Assembly (NCBI GenBank): GCA_030390025.1
Contig: CM059432.1
Span: forward strand, 76,386,001-76,450,000
Source: Squalus acanthias
Lineage: Eukaryota
Reading direction: 5' to 3'
Length of the DNA stretch: 64,000 nucleotides
In this document: positions 48,101 to 60,500 of the stretch, in pieces
Numbering within the stretch: position 1 is the stretch's first letter
How the letters are laid out: the number at the start of each line of letters is the position of its first letter
The notes under the pieces: generated by a model
The model's database searches: none
Seen by the model: the letters and a program-made list of their open reading frames with translations, nothing else
Told to the model about the DNA's origin: nothing
Made by a program: the position numbers and the translations under genes

Positions 48101-50340
48101 TGTTAAAAATTATGTATTAATTCTTTAAATGCTAGCCATTGCTTGTCTACCATCATACCTTTTAATGTAGTTTGCTAATCTACCTTAGCCAACTCGCCCC
48201 TCATACCTACGTTGTTTGCTTTGTTTAGATTTAAGACCCTAAGTTTCAGATTTAACTAAATCACTTTCAAACTCAATATAAAATTCTATCATATTATGGT
48301 CACTCCTCCCTAAAGGCTCCTTTACTACAAGGTTATTAATTAACCCTTTCTCATTGCACAATACTAGATCTAAAATAGCCTGATCCCTAGTTGGTTCCTC
48401 AACATACTGATCTAGAAAACTATCTTGCATACATTCCATGAATGCGCCCATCCACACTATTACTGCAAATTTGGTTTGCCCAGTCTATATGTAGATTAAA
48501 GTCCCCCATGATTACTGTATTACCCTTGTTAAATGCGCCTCTAATTCCCTGATTTATACTCTGCCCTACATTACAATTACTGTTTGGGGGCCTATAAACA
48601 ACTCCCACCAATATTTTCTGCCCTTTGCTGTTTATTAGCTCCACCCAAACTGATTCTACTTCATGATTTTCGGAGCTAAGATCCTTTCTCTCTGCTGTCT
48701 TTATCCCATCCTTTATTATCAGGGCTACCTCTCCTCCTTTTCCATTTTGCCTATCTCTTCTAAAAGTTAAGTATCCTGGAATATTTAGTTCCCAACCTTG
48801 GCCACTTTGCAATCACGTCTCCATTATGGCTATTAGATCAAACCTGTTAATTTCTATCTGCGCTATAAATTCATCTATTTTGTTGCAAATGCTTCGCGCA
48901 TTCAGATATAGTGCCTTTAGCTTTGACTTATTTCTATGTTTCCCTGATGTCACCTTAGTTACTGATGCCTTATTACCTTTGTTATTCTCTCTGTCCCTTC
49001 CTGACCCACTCTGCTTACTTTTACCCAAAATTCTACTCTGCTCTAGAGCCTTGACATTTCTCTCGCTGCTTTTAAATTTACTCTTTCCTGAATCCTCCCA
49101 CCACCGCCACCCCCCGCACTTCATTAGTTTAAAGCCCTGTCTACTGCTCTAGTTATTCGGTTCACCAGGACACTGGTCCCAGCCCGGTTTAAGTGGAGCC
49201 CATCCCAACGGAACAGCTCCCTTTCCCCAGTTCTGGTGGCAGTGCCCCATGAACTGAAACCCTTTCCTCCCACACCACTCTTTGAGCCACGCATTTAAAC
49301 CTGTAATCTGTTTGTCCCTATGCCAATTTGCGCGTGGCTCAGGTAACAATCCAGAGATGATTACCTTTGAGGTTCTGCTTTTCAATTTGGACCCCAACTC
49401 CTTAAACTCCCTCAGCAGAACCTCATTCTTAGTTCTACCTATGTCGTTGGTTCCTACGTGGAGCACGACAACTGGATCCACCCCCTCCAACTCCAAGTTC
49501 TTCTCCAGCCGCGAGGAGATGCCTTTAACCCTGGCACTGGGCAGGCAACACAACCTTCGGAACTCTCAATCGCGGCTTCAGAGAACAGTATCTATACCCC
49601 TGACTATACTGTCCCCTACCACAACTACATTCCCTTTACTCCCCCCCACTTGAATGCCTCCTGTACCATGGTGCCATGGTCAGCTTGCTCATCCATCCTG
49701 CAGGCTTTTCCCTCATCTACACAGGCAACAAGAACCTCATACCTGTTGGACAAGGGCAAAGGCTGAGGCTCCTCCAGCACTGCACCTGGGGTCCCCTTAC
49801 CTGCCTGAGTTGCAGTCACACCCTCCTGTCCCTGATCACTAACCAGACCTGTACCACTACCTAACCTAAGGGGTGTGACTGCCTCCTGGATCAAAGTGTC
49901 CAGGTAACTCTCCCCATCCCTGATGCTCCGCAATGTCTGCACCTCAGACTCCAGCTCAAAAATTCTGAGCTGAAATTCCTCAAGACGCAGGCACTTACTG
50001 CAAACGTGGTTGTCCGGGATCACAATGCTCTCCACAAACTCCCACATGCTGCAGTTGCGGCACACCACCTGCACTGCCATCCCTATATGACCTTGTTTTA
50101 TTCAATTAAATTTAATTAAATTTGTAATTAGGTAACTTAGTTTACAGTGTAGTTTCTTGACGACTTACTTGATCTAGATTAAGTTAAGGGTGCTGAAATT
50201 AAATAGCTACTCGTAACACAAAGCACTACAAGTAGTGTAGGTAAAAAGCAACAACTCCTTCCCCCTCTTCTCCAAATTCCCACTCTTTCCAAATTCCCAA
50301 ATGAAACACTCTGTTCAATCACGATCTGTGCAGACCTCTG
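45175..50340 (-). mobile_element. Near full-length CR1 LINE (ORF1 zinc finger/leucine zipper + SGNH esterase; ORF2 APE-RT), decayed
   Basis: ORF1 VVCRNCSMWE..HVCSKC..LRIFELE and VVLHVGTNDIG; ORF2 LYLNARSI, GDFN, YLDFEKAF, IADD, LEYCVQFWSP; (TTCTTATG)n tail at 45175-45197. Confidence 0.95.
46857..47738 (+). mobile_element. Non-autonomous Harbinger derivative inserted in CR1 ORF2
   Basis: TIRs GGCCGCGATTTTG / CAAAATCGCGACC; promoter module and a trace of Myb exon 1 near 47140-47200; the CR1 resumes on both sides. Confidence 0.82.
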
Positions 50341-50694
50341 ATCTGGTGATTTTTGTATTGTTTTCCAACTATACATGGTATGATATAGAGATCTCTAAAA
50401 TAATTAAAGGGCCAGATAACGGCCGCGATTTTCCGAGTGGAGGCGGGTTGGAGGCGGCTTTGATGCTCGGCGGGTTCCGGTCCCGCTGCCGCTTTCAGCC
50501 GCCCTCCACTTGCGACTTTGCGTTAAGTGGGCTGATTAAGCCCGTCGTGCGTGCTACCCGGCCCAACCAGTGGCCTTGGGTCTGCTGCTCGCCTCTGCTG
50601 ACGTCTTTCAGCCAGTTGTATTTAAGAGGCCCATGCATCCTTGTTGTTTCTGGTCAATGCTTTTCTGCTGCTTCTAGTTGTGCCACTTCACAGA

Positions 50695-52643
50695 ATGACT
50701 GCTGCAAGACCCAAGGCTTCTCCCAGATTTGATGATGGCTCCCTCCATGTTCTTGTAGAGGGAGTGAGAGGGCGTCAAGAGGTACAGTTCCCCTCTAACA
50801 GCCGGAGGAAGCCTCCTCAGCAAACCAAGGCAGCCTGGCTGCAAATTGCTGAGGAGTTTAACGCCAGGTCTTTGTGCTCACGCACCTGGGTTCAGTGTAG
50901 CAAGAGGTTTAATGACCTCATACGCACAGCAAAAGTTAGTATAACATCACTCTTACCTTCAATCTGCTCCCCATCTCCTCTCATCACCAGCACTCTGCAT
51001 TGTCAACCTATTCCTGCACATCCCACTTTACCCTTACATCCCTAGTACCCTTAACCATTCCCTCTCTCTCTATGTACAGAATCACTTCACTGTTCTACTA
51101 TGCTACCCTCACACTCGTTATCACTGTTATGCAATGACAACAACTAACAACGCATAGGGAGGGCCCTTGGTATTGGCACCTCACTCCATCTCTGTCTCCC
51201 TCTAAGCATCTATACTATGGATTCTCTACAATCACTCCAACATTCTCACTCAAACTCCACTTGTGTCACTCATTGCAGGAAAAGAGAGCCCACAATAAGA
51301 GGGAGAGGGCCAGGACAGGAGGAGGGCCACCATCCATTGCCCAGCTGACAACCACGGAGGAGGCTGCTCTGGACATCCTCGGAGGTGCTGAGGATCTGGA
51401 AGTGGGAGACGGTCAGACAGGGCGCAGTAGAGCAAGCTGGTGACGGAATAGATTTGCAGCCCTCTCATTTAGATTGCATGAGTGACTGATATGGCATCTG
51501 ATGTTCATACAGATTGAGTTCTGATCATCGCACAATTCGATGTGCCTGCTACGTTAATATCACATGTCTAGCTCATGCCTTTACTCCCCCACAGGACCAT
51601 CGAGAGCCCCCCTCCCCATTGTCCAGGAGGAAGAGCCGGAAGACTCCTCAGAGGAAGCTGCAACCTCTGAGGGTGCAGTGTCAGCAGAATTGAGCGCACC
51701 CAGCACCAGCGCAGAGTCGCGCACCTCGGTGCCTCAGTCATGAGATAGATTAGTGTTGTCACCTGGTGTATCACAGCTCACAAGTGAGCATCAGCAGGTG
51801 CTGGAGACAGGGACAGCAGTGGAACGTCCTCGTCGGAGGCCACAGGGCACTCCCAGCTCTGCACAGCTGCATGTGGACCATGTGCCTCTGGGGCCATCCA
51901 GAAAGAGAGCGGTGCTGGAACTTCAGCAACAAGTGCAGGGGTCTCTGACAGGTTTTGCATCCACGGTAGCTGTGAGTGTGCAGAGAATAGAGGAGTCCAT
52001 CTCAAACATAAGCAATGCAATGGTGGAGGCATTGGCGCATCATCGCACCACCATGGATAGGATGGCAATCTGCGTGGAAAGGATGGTTACGGCCATGAAA
52101 GAAGTAAGTCGCCAGAGTAAGGAAAACATGGTGACTGCTCAGAATAGACTGACATCTCTGGAGTAGCGATGGGCAGCTATTGAGCAGAGAGACCAGAGCT
52201 TCATGGACGTCCTTTTGAGGAGGACTGTCAGTACAGATACGGGTCCTCATGGCCCCCCTGAAGTGCAGCAAGGCGCTCTCCTGCGACTTGCCAGCACTCA
52301 GGTGCGGCTGACCCATAAGAGGGATATTGGTGGTCGACAACAAGGAAGTGTGGGCTCCTCTCCAAGCGCTTACACACCCATGCCACAGCTAAGCCCTCTG
52401 TCAGAGCCCCAGATTCCTCACCCAACTGAGATGGCCATCTCAGCCCCTGCACAGCTGCAGGAAGAGCAGACTGTTGCCGAGCCCTCCCAGGCTCCCAAAC
52501 CCAGAGGACGCCCGCCAAAGGTGTCGAAGCAGGAGCAGCATGAAAGTGAGCAAGGTGCCTCCACATCTGCTGAAGCCACAGGGGAAGCACCACGTAGAAG
52601 CAGGCGTAAGAGAAAGTTAACACACAAATTGTCACAAGGGTAG
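50695..52643 (+). pseudogene. Harbinger Myb/SANT-like gene, exons 50695-50934, 51279-51439, 51595-52643; disrupted
   Basis: MTAARPKASPRFDD...WVQCSKRFNDL; same intron positions as copy B; internal stop at 52164-52166. Confidence 0.88.
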
Positions 52644-52894
52644 TCACTTGGGTGTTTTGATGTTATACAAATTTAAGATTATCTTTGTATTTTCCATTGT
52701 AATAAAGAAATGCGATGGCAAACATTCAAAGAGTTGGCCCATGTGTGCCCAGAAATGGAAGTGTCACAGTGAGGTGTCAGAGCGCGTTTCATCTGTAATG
52801 ATGGTGGTGAGAGTGATAGGAACCCACACTTTATTGTACAGATGGTGTTTGGTGTGTTAAGAAGGTGGCAGCCACATGTGTTTGCTGTGTAAAC

Positions 52895-54096
52895 TTAAGC
52901 AAATCTGGCATGGATTAGTGCATCCCTTGCCTCACGGCCAGCAATGTGCTCGTGTGCTGGTGGAACTGGCACATCCGCCTCCGCAAGGTGCTCCTCCTCT
53001 GAGGAGGAGGAGGCTGTGCACTGATCCACTTGTTCCTCAGGCAGCGGTAAGCCACGCTGCTGTGCGATGTTGTGCAGGCCACAGCAGACCACAATGATTT
53101 TGGAGACCCTGGCTGTTGAGTACTGTAGGGCTCCACCTGATCTGTCGAGGCATCTGAATCGCATTTTGAGCAAGCCGAAGGTTTGCTCGATGATGCCTCT
53201 GGTGGAAATGTGGCTCGCATTGTAGCGCTCCTCAGCTTCGTTCGATGGCCTCCTAAACGGTGTCATTAGCCACGTTTTCAGGGGATAGCCCTTATCTCCA
53301 AGTAGCCATCCAGATAGTTGGGTTGGCGGATTGAAGAGCTGAGGCACAGTAGACTGCCGCAGGATGAACGAGTCATGGCAACTGCCAGGGAACTTGGCGC
53401 AAACATGCAAAATGTCCTTCCTGTGGTTACACACCAGCTGGATGTTAAAGAAGTGGAATTCCTTGCAGTTCACAAATACAGCTGGGTTGTGATGGGGTGC
53501 CCTAATGGCCACATGTGTGCAGTCTACGACACCCTGCACCCTTGGGAAGCCTGCCATATTTGCAAAGCCAACTGCACGCGTGGTTACACTTGCTTCATCT
53601 GTGGAGAAGTGGATGTAATTGTGCACCTTTGCAAAGAGGGCATCGGTAACCTGCGTGATGCAAGTGTGCGCGGCCGACTGGGAGATGCCGCTGATGAGCC
53701 CTGGAAGGACCCTGAAGCAAAAAAGTTGAGTGCGGTGGTGACTTTGACAGCCACTGGTAAGGGGTGTCCACCCACTCCTCTGGGCTCCAGGTGTTGGTGC
53801 AGCATTGCACAGATGTCAGCGACTACCTCTCGTGAAAGTCTCAGCCTCCTTTGGCACTGCTGCTCACTCATGTTGAGGAAGCTCATCCTCTGCCTGTAAA
53901 CCCTGTGTTGGGGGTATCTCCTGCGGCGAGGTGCAGCCCTGCGCTGATGCCTTCTGCCCTGTGCAGCATCAGGTGGGTGAGGAGAAGGTTGGCGCTCCTG
54001 TTATTGCTGCTGCTGTTGTGCCTCATTCTGCTGCTGCCGTGGCTGCTCTTCCTCCGAATCTGAGGACCAGGATCAGAGGGTATAAATGGTTCCCAT
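52895..54096 (-). pseudogene. Harbinger DDE transposase (copy C), frameshifted
   Basis: [23 protein letters not shown] and IEQTFGLLK motifs; small deletion near 53690. Confidence 0.92.
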
Positions 54097-54984
54097 TCTG
54101 CTGGTATATATGTCAGTTGAGGAATAGATGTTATAAGCACTCAGGCAATGTGGGGAGAGGGTTTTCCAAGGAGGTCACAGTGAATATGGATCTCAGATTA
54201 ACCACTTACAAGCTCAATAGACCTGCAAAATGTGTTCCAACACCTCAAAAAACAAAGTTCTGTTATCTGGACATCAGTCATGTTACAGGTCCGCTTTTAT
54301 GCTGCAGGAGCAGCTGTCAAGAATTTGCGTAGTTGCTGAACCCGGCGCAATCAGCTGGCATGTTTTGGGAATGGCGTGGAACACGCTGAAAATGTGGTAA
54401 AATGGGAAGAGCCTGGTAAAATGGGATTATCTAGGCAGTTAACAAGTTGTTAACTGCCTTAAGTGCCTCTCCCGCCACTTGGTGGTGGCTCCGATCGGGA
54501 CTCCCAGACCCTGTAATGGAATAGCCATATTTCAGAAAAATACACCATCCTATGAACAGATTTCTGATATTATTAATACATGACATACTGGGTTTAAAAA
54601 TCTGGAAAGCCTCGGCGACACAGCTGCAAACACAATACAGGCTTTTGAGATAAGAACAGTTGATAACACAAAAGTTGTAAACACCACAAGCTTTGAAATG
54701 GGAAATGGTTATTGACACTAACACAATGGCCTATTGGAAAAGCAAAGGCTTGCTTCCGAGATGTCTATGGTTTGGTACCAAAACAATAGCAATGCCCAAG
54801 TAAAGTGTTAAAATCTAACACTTCGAACAAGAAACACAGAACATTAAAAAAATCAAGTGCCTTTGAAAAAATGACATCAAGTAAAAGAAATACCTGCCGT
54901 AAAATAGTTTTATGTTAAACTTAGAACAAGGAGACATAATTCTTAATACAACCAATTGAAATAGCTAAGAAATGCAAAGAACAC

Positions 54985-55385
54985 CCTGGCACTTGTGTGG
55001 CGCGAATGTTACCTGCCACTTATCAGCCTAAGCCTGAACGTCGTCCAGGTCTTGTTGCATTCGGGCATGGACTGCTTCATTATCTGAAGAGTTGCGAATG
55101 GCATCATCAGTGAACATCCCCACTTCTGACCTTATGTTGGAGTGAAGGTAATTGATGAAGCAGCTGAAAATAGTTGGGCCTAGGACATTGCTCTGAGGAA
55201 TTCCTGCAGTGATGTCTTGGGGCTAAGATGATTGACCTCCAACAACCACAACCATCTTCCTTTGTGCTAAGTATGACTCCAGCCAGTGGAGAGTTTTCCC
55301 TCTGATTCCCATTGACTTCAATTTTCCTAGGGCTCCTTGATGCCAAATGCTACCTTGATGTCAAGGGCAGTCACTCTCAACTCTG
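54985..55385 (-). mobile_element. LINE-B internal RT fragment
   Basis: Homologous to 7210-7390 and to the reverse complement of 7455-7770. Confidence 0.85.
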
Positions 55386-55702
55386 CCTGTCTTCAAGAAG
55401 AAGCTGGGATGGAGATCGCATCATATAGAAGGTAAGTGGTTTTATAGATAATACATGGTCCATGTGACCTCCTGAGCTGGTTTTGGTCATCTGAGGGGGT
55501 TGGGGAAGAATTTTCCAGTGTATTTTTCCCTCATTGGCCCTGCGTTCTTCTCTGTTTTTAGCCTCTCCCAGGAGATTACATGGCTGCAGCGGAGATGGGG
55601 GGTGATGGTGCGAAGTGTCTAGTCATGATGTTCCAACCATCATGGGGCAGACTTGATGGATCAGCTGGTCTTTTCCTGCCCGTCAATTTTGTATGTTCGT
55701 AT
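55386..55702 (+). mobile_element. Probable 3' end of a different CR1 subfamily
   Basis: TTCAAGAAGAAGCTGG (FKKKL-like ORF2 end), 3' hairpin region GACTTGATGGATCAGCTGGTCTTTTCC and (GTATGTTC)-like tail. Confidence 0.55.
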
Positions 55703-56955
55703 TATTTTCAATGTAGATGATAGTGATTTTCATCGTGGGATTTAACATTTTAAAATAATGTTACAGCATTCAACTATTTCTCATGGATATTCAAATATTT
55801 TAAGATTCACAATGACATACTATCTACAACTTTCATCCACTTACCATCTCTTGTTTGGAACAAAATTTTGCATCAATCATTTCTTCATCCTTTGTATTCT
55901 TTTCCTTAACTCTGATGGAATTTCTTTTAAAAAATTTGGATAAATCCCACTTTTAGCTGTGCGATGTGAGGAGTGGTTGTTCAAGAGCTTCTAGAATATG
56001 GTCCATTTAACCCTCTCTTATCCTTTGTGCCCTGTCTACATTTATATATTAATGCCTCATGTTATTTTGAATACATCATATAATTTTGATTGTATCATTT
56101 CATGTATATTATTTGTCTTAAACATGAATTTTCACATGCATATTTTGCAAAGATATCTTTATCATGTAATGTAGTGATCTGACATAATATACATCATAAT
56201 ATTTTCCCAATTATGCATAAGTTATTATACATTAGGGATACAGTGTATCTTTGTGAAAAAAAACACTTTTCCATTCTGTTTTGCAGATGGTGCAGTTTTT
56301 AAACCTACTCTGAGTAAGTAAAAATTCTGCCTGTGGCAAAAAACTATAGTTGCTGCAGACAACTGCAACAACTCCTCCTTAGATTAGATTCAACCTCTAA
56401 TTATTTGCTAAATTGGTGAATTTCGAAATCCTTCAGGCAACTTTTTCCATCTAATTCAACTTGACTTGATTGGTCTTGAACTGGCTAAATCTCAAACAAA
56501 CTCCAGTTTTCTGCCTGCCTTCCAAGATCTAACCTAGTGAAAAACATGCAGAGATTTTACAACATTTGGCTGATTCCCCACCCCCTTTGATTTTACTACT
56601 AAAAATTGAAAGGCATTCATATATTGTATCAAGTCCCAAGTTGTGGATTGGCTGGCATTGGTATGGCCATTCCAACCAAAGGCAAGCAAGCATATCTCTG
56701 CTTAAGCCTGCAGTTTTTATTCATAGGTTCCTAAAATAACACTGTGAGGTACCTGTATAGAAATGTTTAATGTGTGTGATTGAAATTCCTCTCAATGTTA
56801 TTTTAGTGGAGTCATTAATCCATTTATATTAAAAAGGTTAAAAAGCGGAGAGAAATTTCCAACAAGTTCATTAAGTGTTTGTACTCTAGTAGTCCATGGC
56901 ATAATTTCAGGACCATTGTGTTTTTTTCCCCATTATAGCATCAATCATTGGTTAA

Positions 56956-57552
56956 CCCTTTGACTTCCAGCAGCTCCAGAAAATTTCAGGACCCTTGGGT
57001 TGGCCAGTTTTTTTTAAAGTTTTCATCTCAAGCATCATGATATTGAAAAAAATCTCTAATTCTACAGCAATAAAGCTACCAAAACATCAAAAGTAGCTTC
57101 ATTCTTCAATATTATTAATAAAATAAACTTAAAATATTTAGAAAAATAAATTTTACTTTGCTTTTTCACCCTTCTTCTTCACGTTCTCCTATTTGTGCTA
57201 GCTTAGTGTTACTTTCACTTTACTTCCAGATGATATACTCTATTTTAACATTTCTATACTTTTCTCCTGGTTTTTAACGTTTAAACAATAACATACTGGT
57301 TTTCCTGGAATCCATATCATCCAAAATTGGCCTCTGATTGGCTGAAATCAGGTTCCAAAGACAATTTCTTTCAACCAATTGAGGCTCAGGATTTAAAAGA
57401 TTGACCCACCATGTCATGGAAGACACCACGACAAACATTACACAAGATTTGGAGCAGGACCCCGGCACTCTGGCCACTCAATGTAGGTCAAAAGTGGCCA
57501 ATGAAGTAAATGCTGCCAAAACAAGCTACTTCATTAGTGGCAATGTTAAGGG
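56956..57552. mobile_element. Possible old piggyBac-like non-autonomous element
   Basis: TTAA|CCCTT on the left and AAGGG|TTAT on the right; only short terminal matches. Confidence 0.35.
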
Positions 57553-60500
57553 TTATTATGACTGCAGTTCCAGATATTAAAAGAAAGTTTTCAAAATCAT
57601 TTTAATTAACAGTGCACTATTAATTAATTAAAACATATAGATCTTGTTTTTTCTTTCAAAACCAGTCTTATTGCTAGCCAATGAGTGTGTCTTGTAGGTG
57701 GAAACAATTAATACAAATTGCATACTTCAACAGAGAAAGACTCAAGTCATGTTATCAACAACTTTTTTGTCCTCCCTACTCTATTGTACATAAAAAAAAT
57801 TCCCATGTATTTGCCTTATATTTTAGACAAAGAGATTACAATTAACTAATGCATAAGAAAAGTGGCAAAGAAGAACAAAGTGCAATTAATAGAAGATTTC
57901 TGACCAAAAAACATTTTTTAGCACTATTTCTATAGTAACAACGAGACTTTGACTTTTATGTGCACCCAATATTTGGAAATTGCTAGAAGGTATAACAATA
58001 TAATGAATCAAAACTGATAGACTTGTAGGTTGCCATAGAAACTTGTATAATTATGATAATCAGTCCCTGGTGTACAACCCAGTGTTAGATGTTCTGCTAA
58101 ATGAAATAAACATTAGGCATTATTTAGTGAGCTGTGATATAGATGGAGGATGCAGGGGATTGCATATATTATATATCCTTGCTATATTTACATGTAAAAA
58201 AATATACAAGGTTCACTAACCTTTATTCCAAGAAAGTGCTTTATTTAATTAAATATAATCAAAAGTCATATTCCATTTACAAGTTTTCCTAGTCAGACTT
58301 TCTGTTTAATTCTTAAATTCACAAAATTTACATTTGAAATGCATCTTGATGAAAAAACAAAACATATTCATGTTTCCGATTTTGAACAACGTCATGTCAC
58401 AGTAGCTTCAGTTATGAAAGTCAATATTGAATTCAGTTTATTAATACTTTACAGCTCTGGAATTTCATACTTAGTGTAATCTAAAAACTAGCTTTATAAA
58501 ACATATTCTTACATTTTCATATTCATCCATATTACTGCCAGGACAGAGTCACGATATTTCTGTATAAAAGGTTGTGACAAATGGATTAACAGGAATGATC
58601 TCCTTTTATTCCTATGAGATTGTTCTTTAAATAATTTTGGAACGTTAGGTAGATAAAGCTTCATAAAAAACTATACCACAGATAATGCAACTAAAAAATA
58701 CTATTAAAAAAATCATAAATACAGTATTTGAAAATCATTTTTCTAAATGTTCTTGCTTAGACTAATTCACTGAGAGGTGCAGACTGGAGGTCAGTTACAG
58801 TCACTTGAGCAATCAAACATCGATAGGGCTGGCTGTCTGGAGAAGTCTGAGCAGCAAGGTTGCAAATGTCCCCCCGCCATCATCATTCCTCAAGGTCAGC
58901 AGAATTAACCATCTGCTGAGATATGCTCTGTCAATTTATTTGAAAAGAAGGCTGCTTTGCCCTACAGACCTTTGCAGACCATTGTACAGTTAATATCAAA
59001 ACGTGCTAATGAGAAAGCTGGAAAACAATTTATTAGGGATTCATTCTAACAAAAACCTCAAATGGGGAAAGGAGGATGCTAAACCACTGAGTGACGATAA
59101 CAATGGAACTTTAGCAACCTACCTTAAAACTGCTAACCGCTAAACACTCCATAGTGTCCAATTAAATATAATGCTACTTTATTACACCATCTACACCTCT
59201 TCCATTAATCCAAGTTAATGACAAAGCCAAATTCAGTAGTCTGGCTGCTGTGTATTTCTCGAATGCGCTATTTATATAGTAACAGATTCCATCCAATGCA
59301 TTAGAATTACTTAAAATGACCTAAAGAATAAGCCTACACTTTTGTTACTTTTACATTTTTTTTGGTAAAGGCAAAGTTGGAACGCCAGCAGTTACCGGTA
59401 ATGAGACCTTGAATATGATACTGTGCTGCTCAGGTGAATCCCACTGATAGAATACCAAAGATGGAAACCTGTTTGCTCTTTAAAAATGGATGCTGCTTGT
59501 TTGTTAACATTCTAAACAGTAAATGTGCTGCCCAGTGACTACGGTGTGAGGTAATTTTTTTTGAAATGATGAATTATTAAACACACATATGCTAAAGTGC
59601 AAAAACCTTTTTGTTTTACTGTTTCTTTTAATTCTGTATTCCACATACATTTAGTGCAAATACTCCTTCCCCCTTTTCCAATCTCCTCTATAAAGATGCT
59701 GAAATCCTTCCAAACATGTAAGGTACCATTTTAAACCTTTACTTTAAAAAGTTGCTGCTTTTCACCTCATTAATTTTGAAAGCCCCAGAGCCGAGTCTGG
59801 CACTGGCCAAGGCGGAAATATTCTCAGGATTCCTTGTAAGTGCACTGAACACTAAAACCACCCAGCTCTCAGTGTCTGAAACCCAAACCATGGATAAATT
59901 ATTAAGCTTGACTATCAGGTGATGGGACACTTTCACATCTACTGCAGTGCGTGTCGTCACATGCTGCGAAAGGATAAACAGGCTAGGCCTCCTTAATGAA
60001 AATCAACAGTGACGTGCATGTCCCTAGTCAGAACTAGTTTCATCTAGATTTAGGCAGCCACGGCCAGTGATTTCTAGAGTAACCCCTCCCCCCATCCCAT
60101 TATTAATATGCATCAGACTTGCACCTCTAATTTGCTGAATCAGAGCTTCCAATCAGAAATGCTGATTAGAAAATTGACATTTATAAAATCTACAATATAA
60201 TAAAAGACTTAAGGATTAATTCAATTACTGATTTCCTCTAAATTAAATTCTGAAGTATTTGGCAACTTTCTATTCTTTGATTAACAAAATAAATTCACTT
60301 CAATATTATGAATAATTACAGTGATAATAGAATGGTGATTGTCCAAAAATTGCTAGAAAGAGAAGCTGGAATTAACCCTTTTATTTCTCAGAATGTTGGA
60401 CAGTTTCATTGTTTTCAGTGTGAAAGTGACTGATGCCACAACCTTAATTCAATGAGATAGGGTTAACATGTAAACCTTATCCTAATTTTGATAAAATTAT

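Larger units (their letters stand above)
50421..54510 (-). mobile_element. Two-gene PIF/Harbinger transposon (copy C); right TIR not found
   Basis: Left TIR GGCCGCGATTTTCC; convergent Myb and transposase genes; the right subterminal region resembles 16090-16200 but is truncated. Confidence 0.88.

Noticed and set aside
60372..60466. TTAA-CCCT...AGGG-TTAA as a tiny piggyBac MITE
   Set aside because: Terminal match is only ~4 bp in AT-rich DNA and cannot be distinguished from chance.
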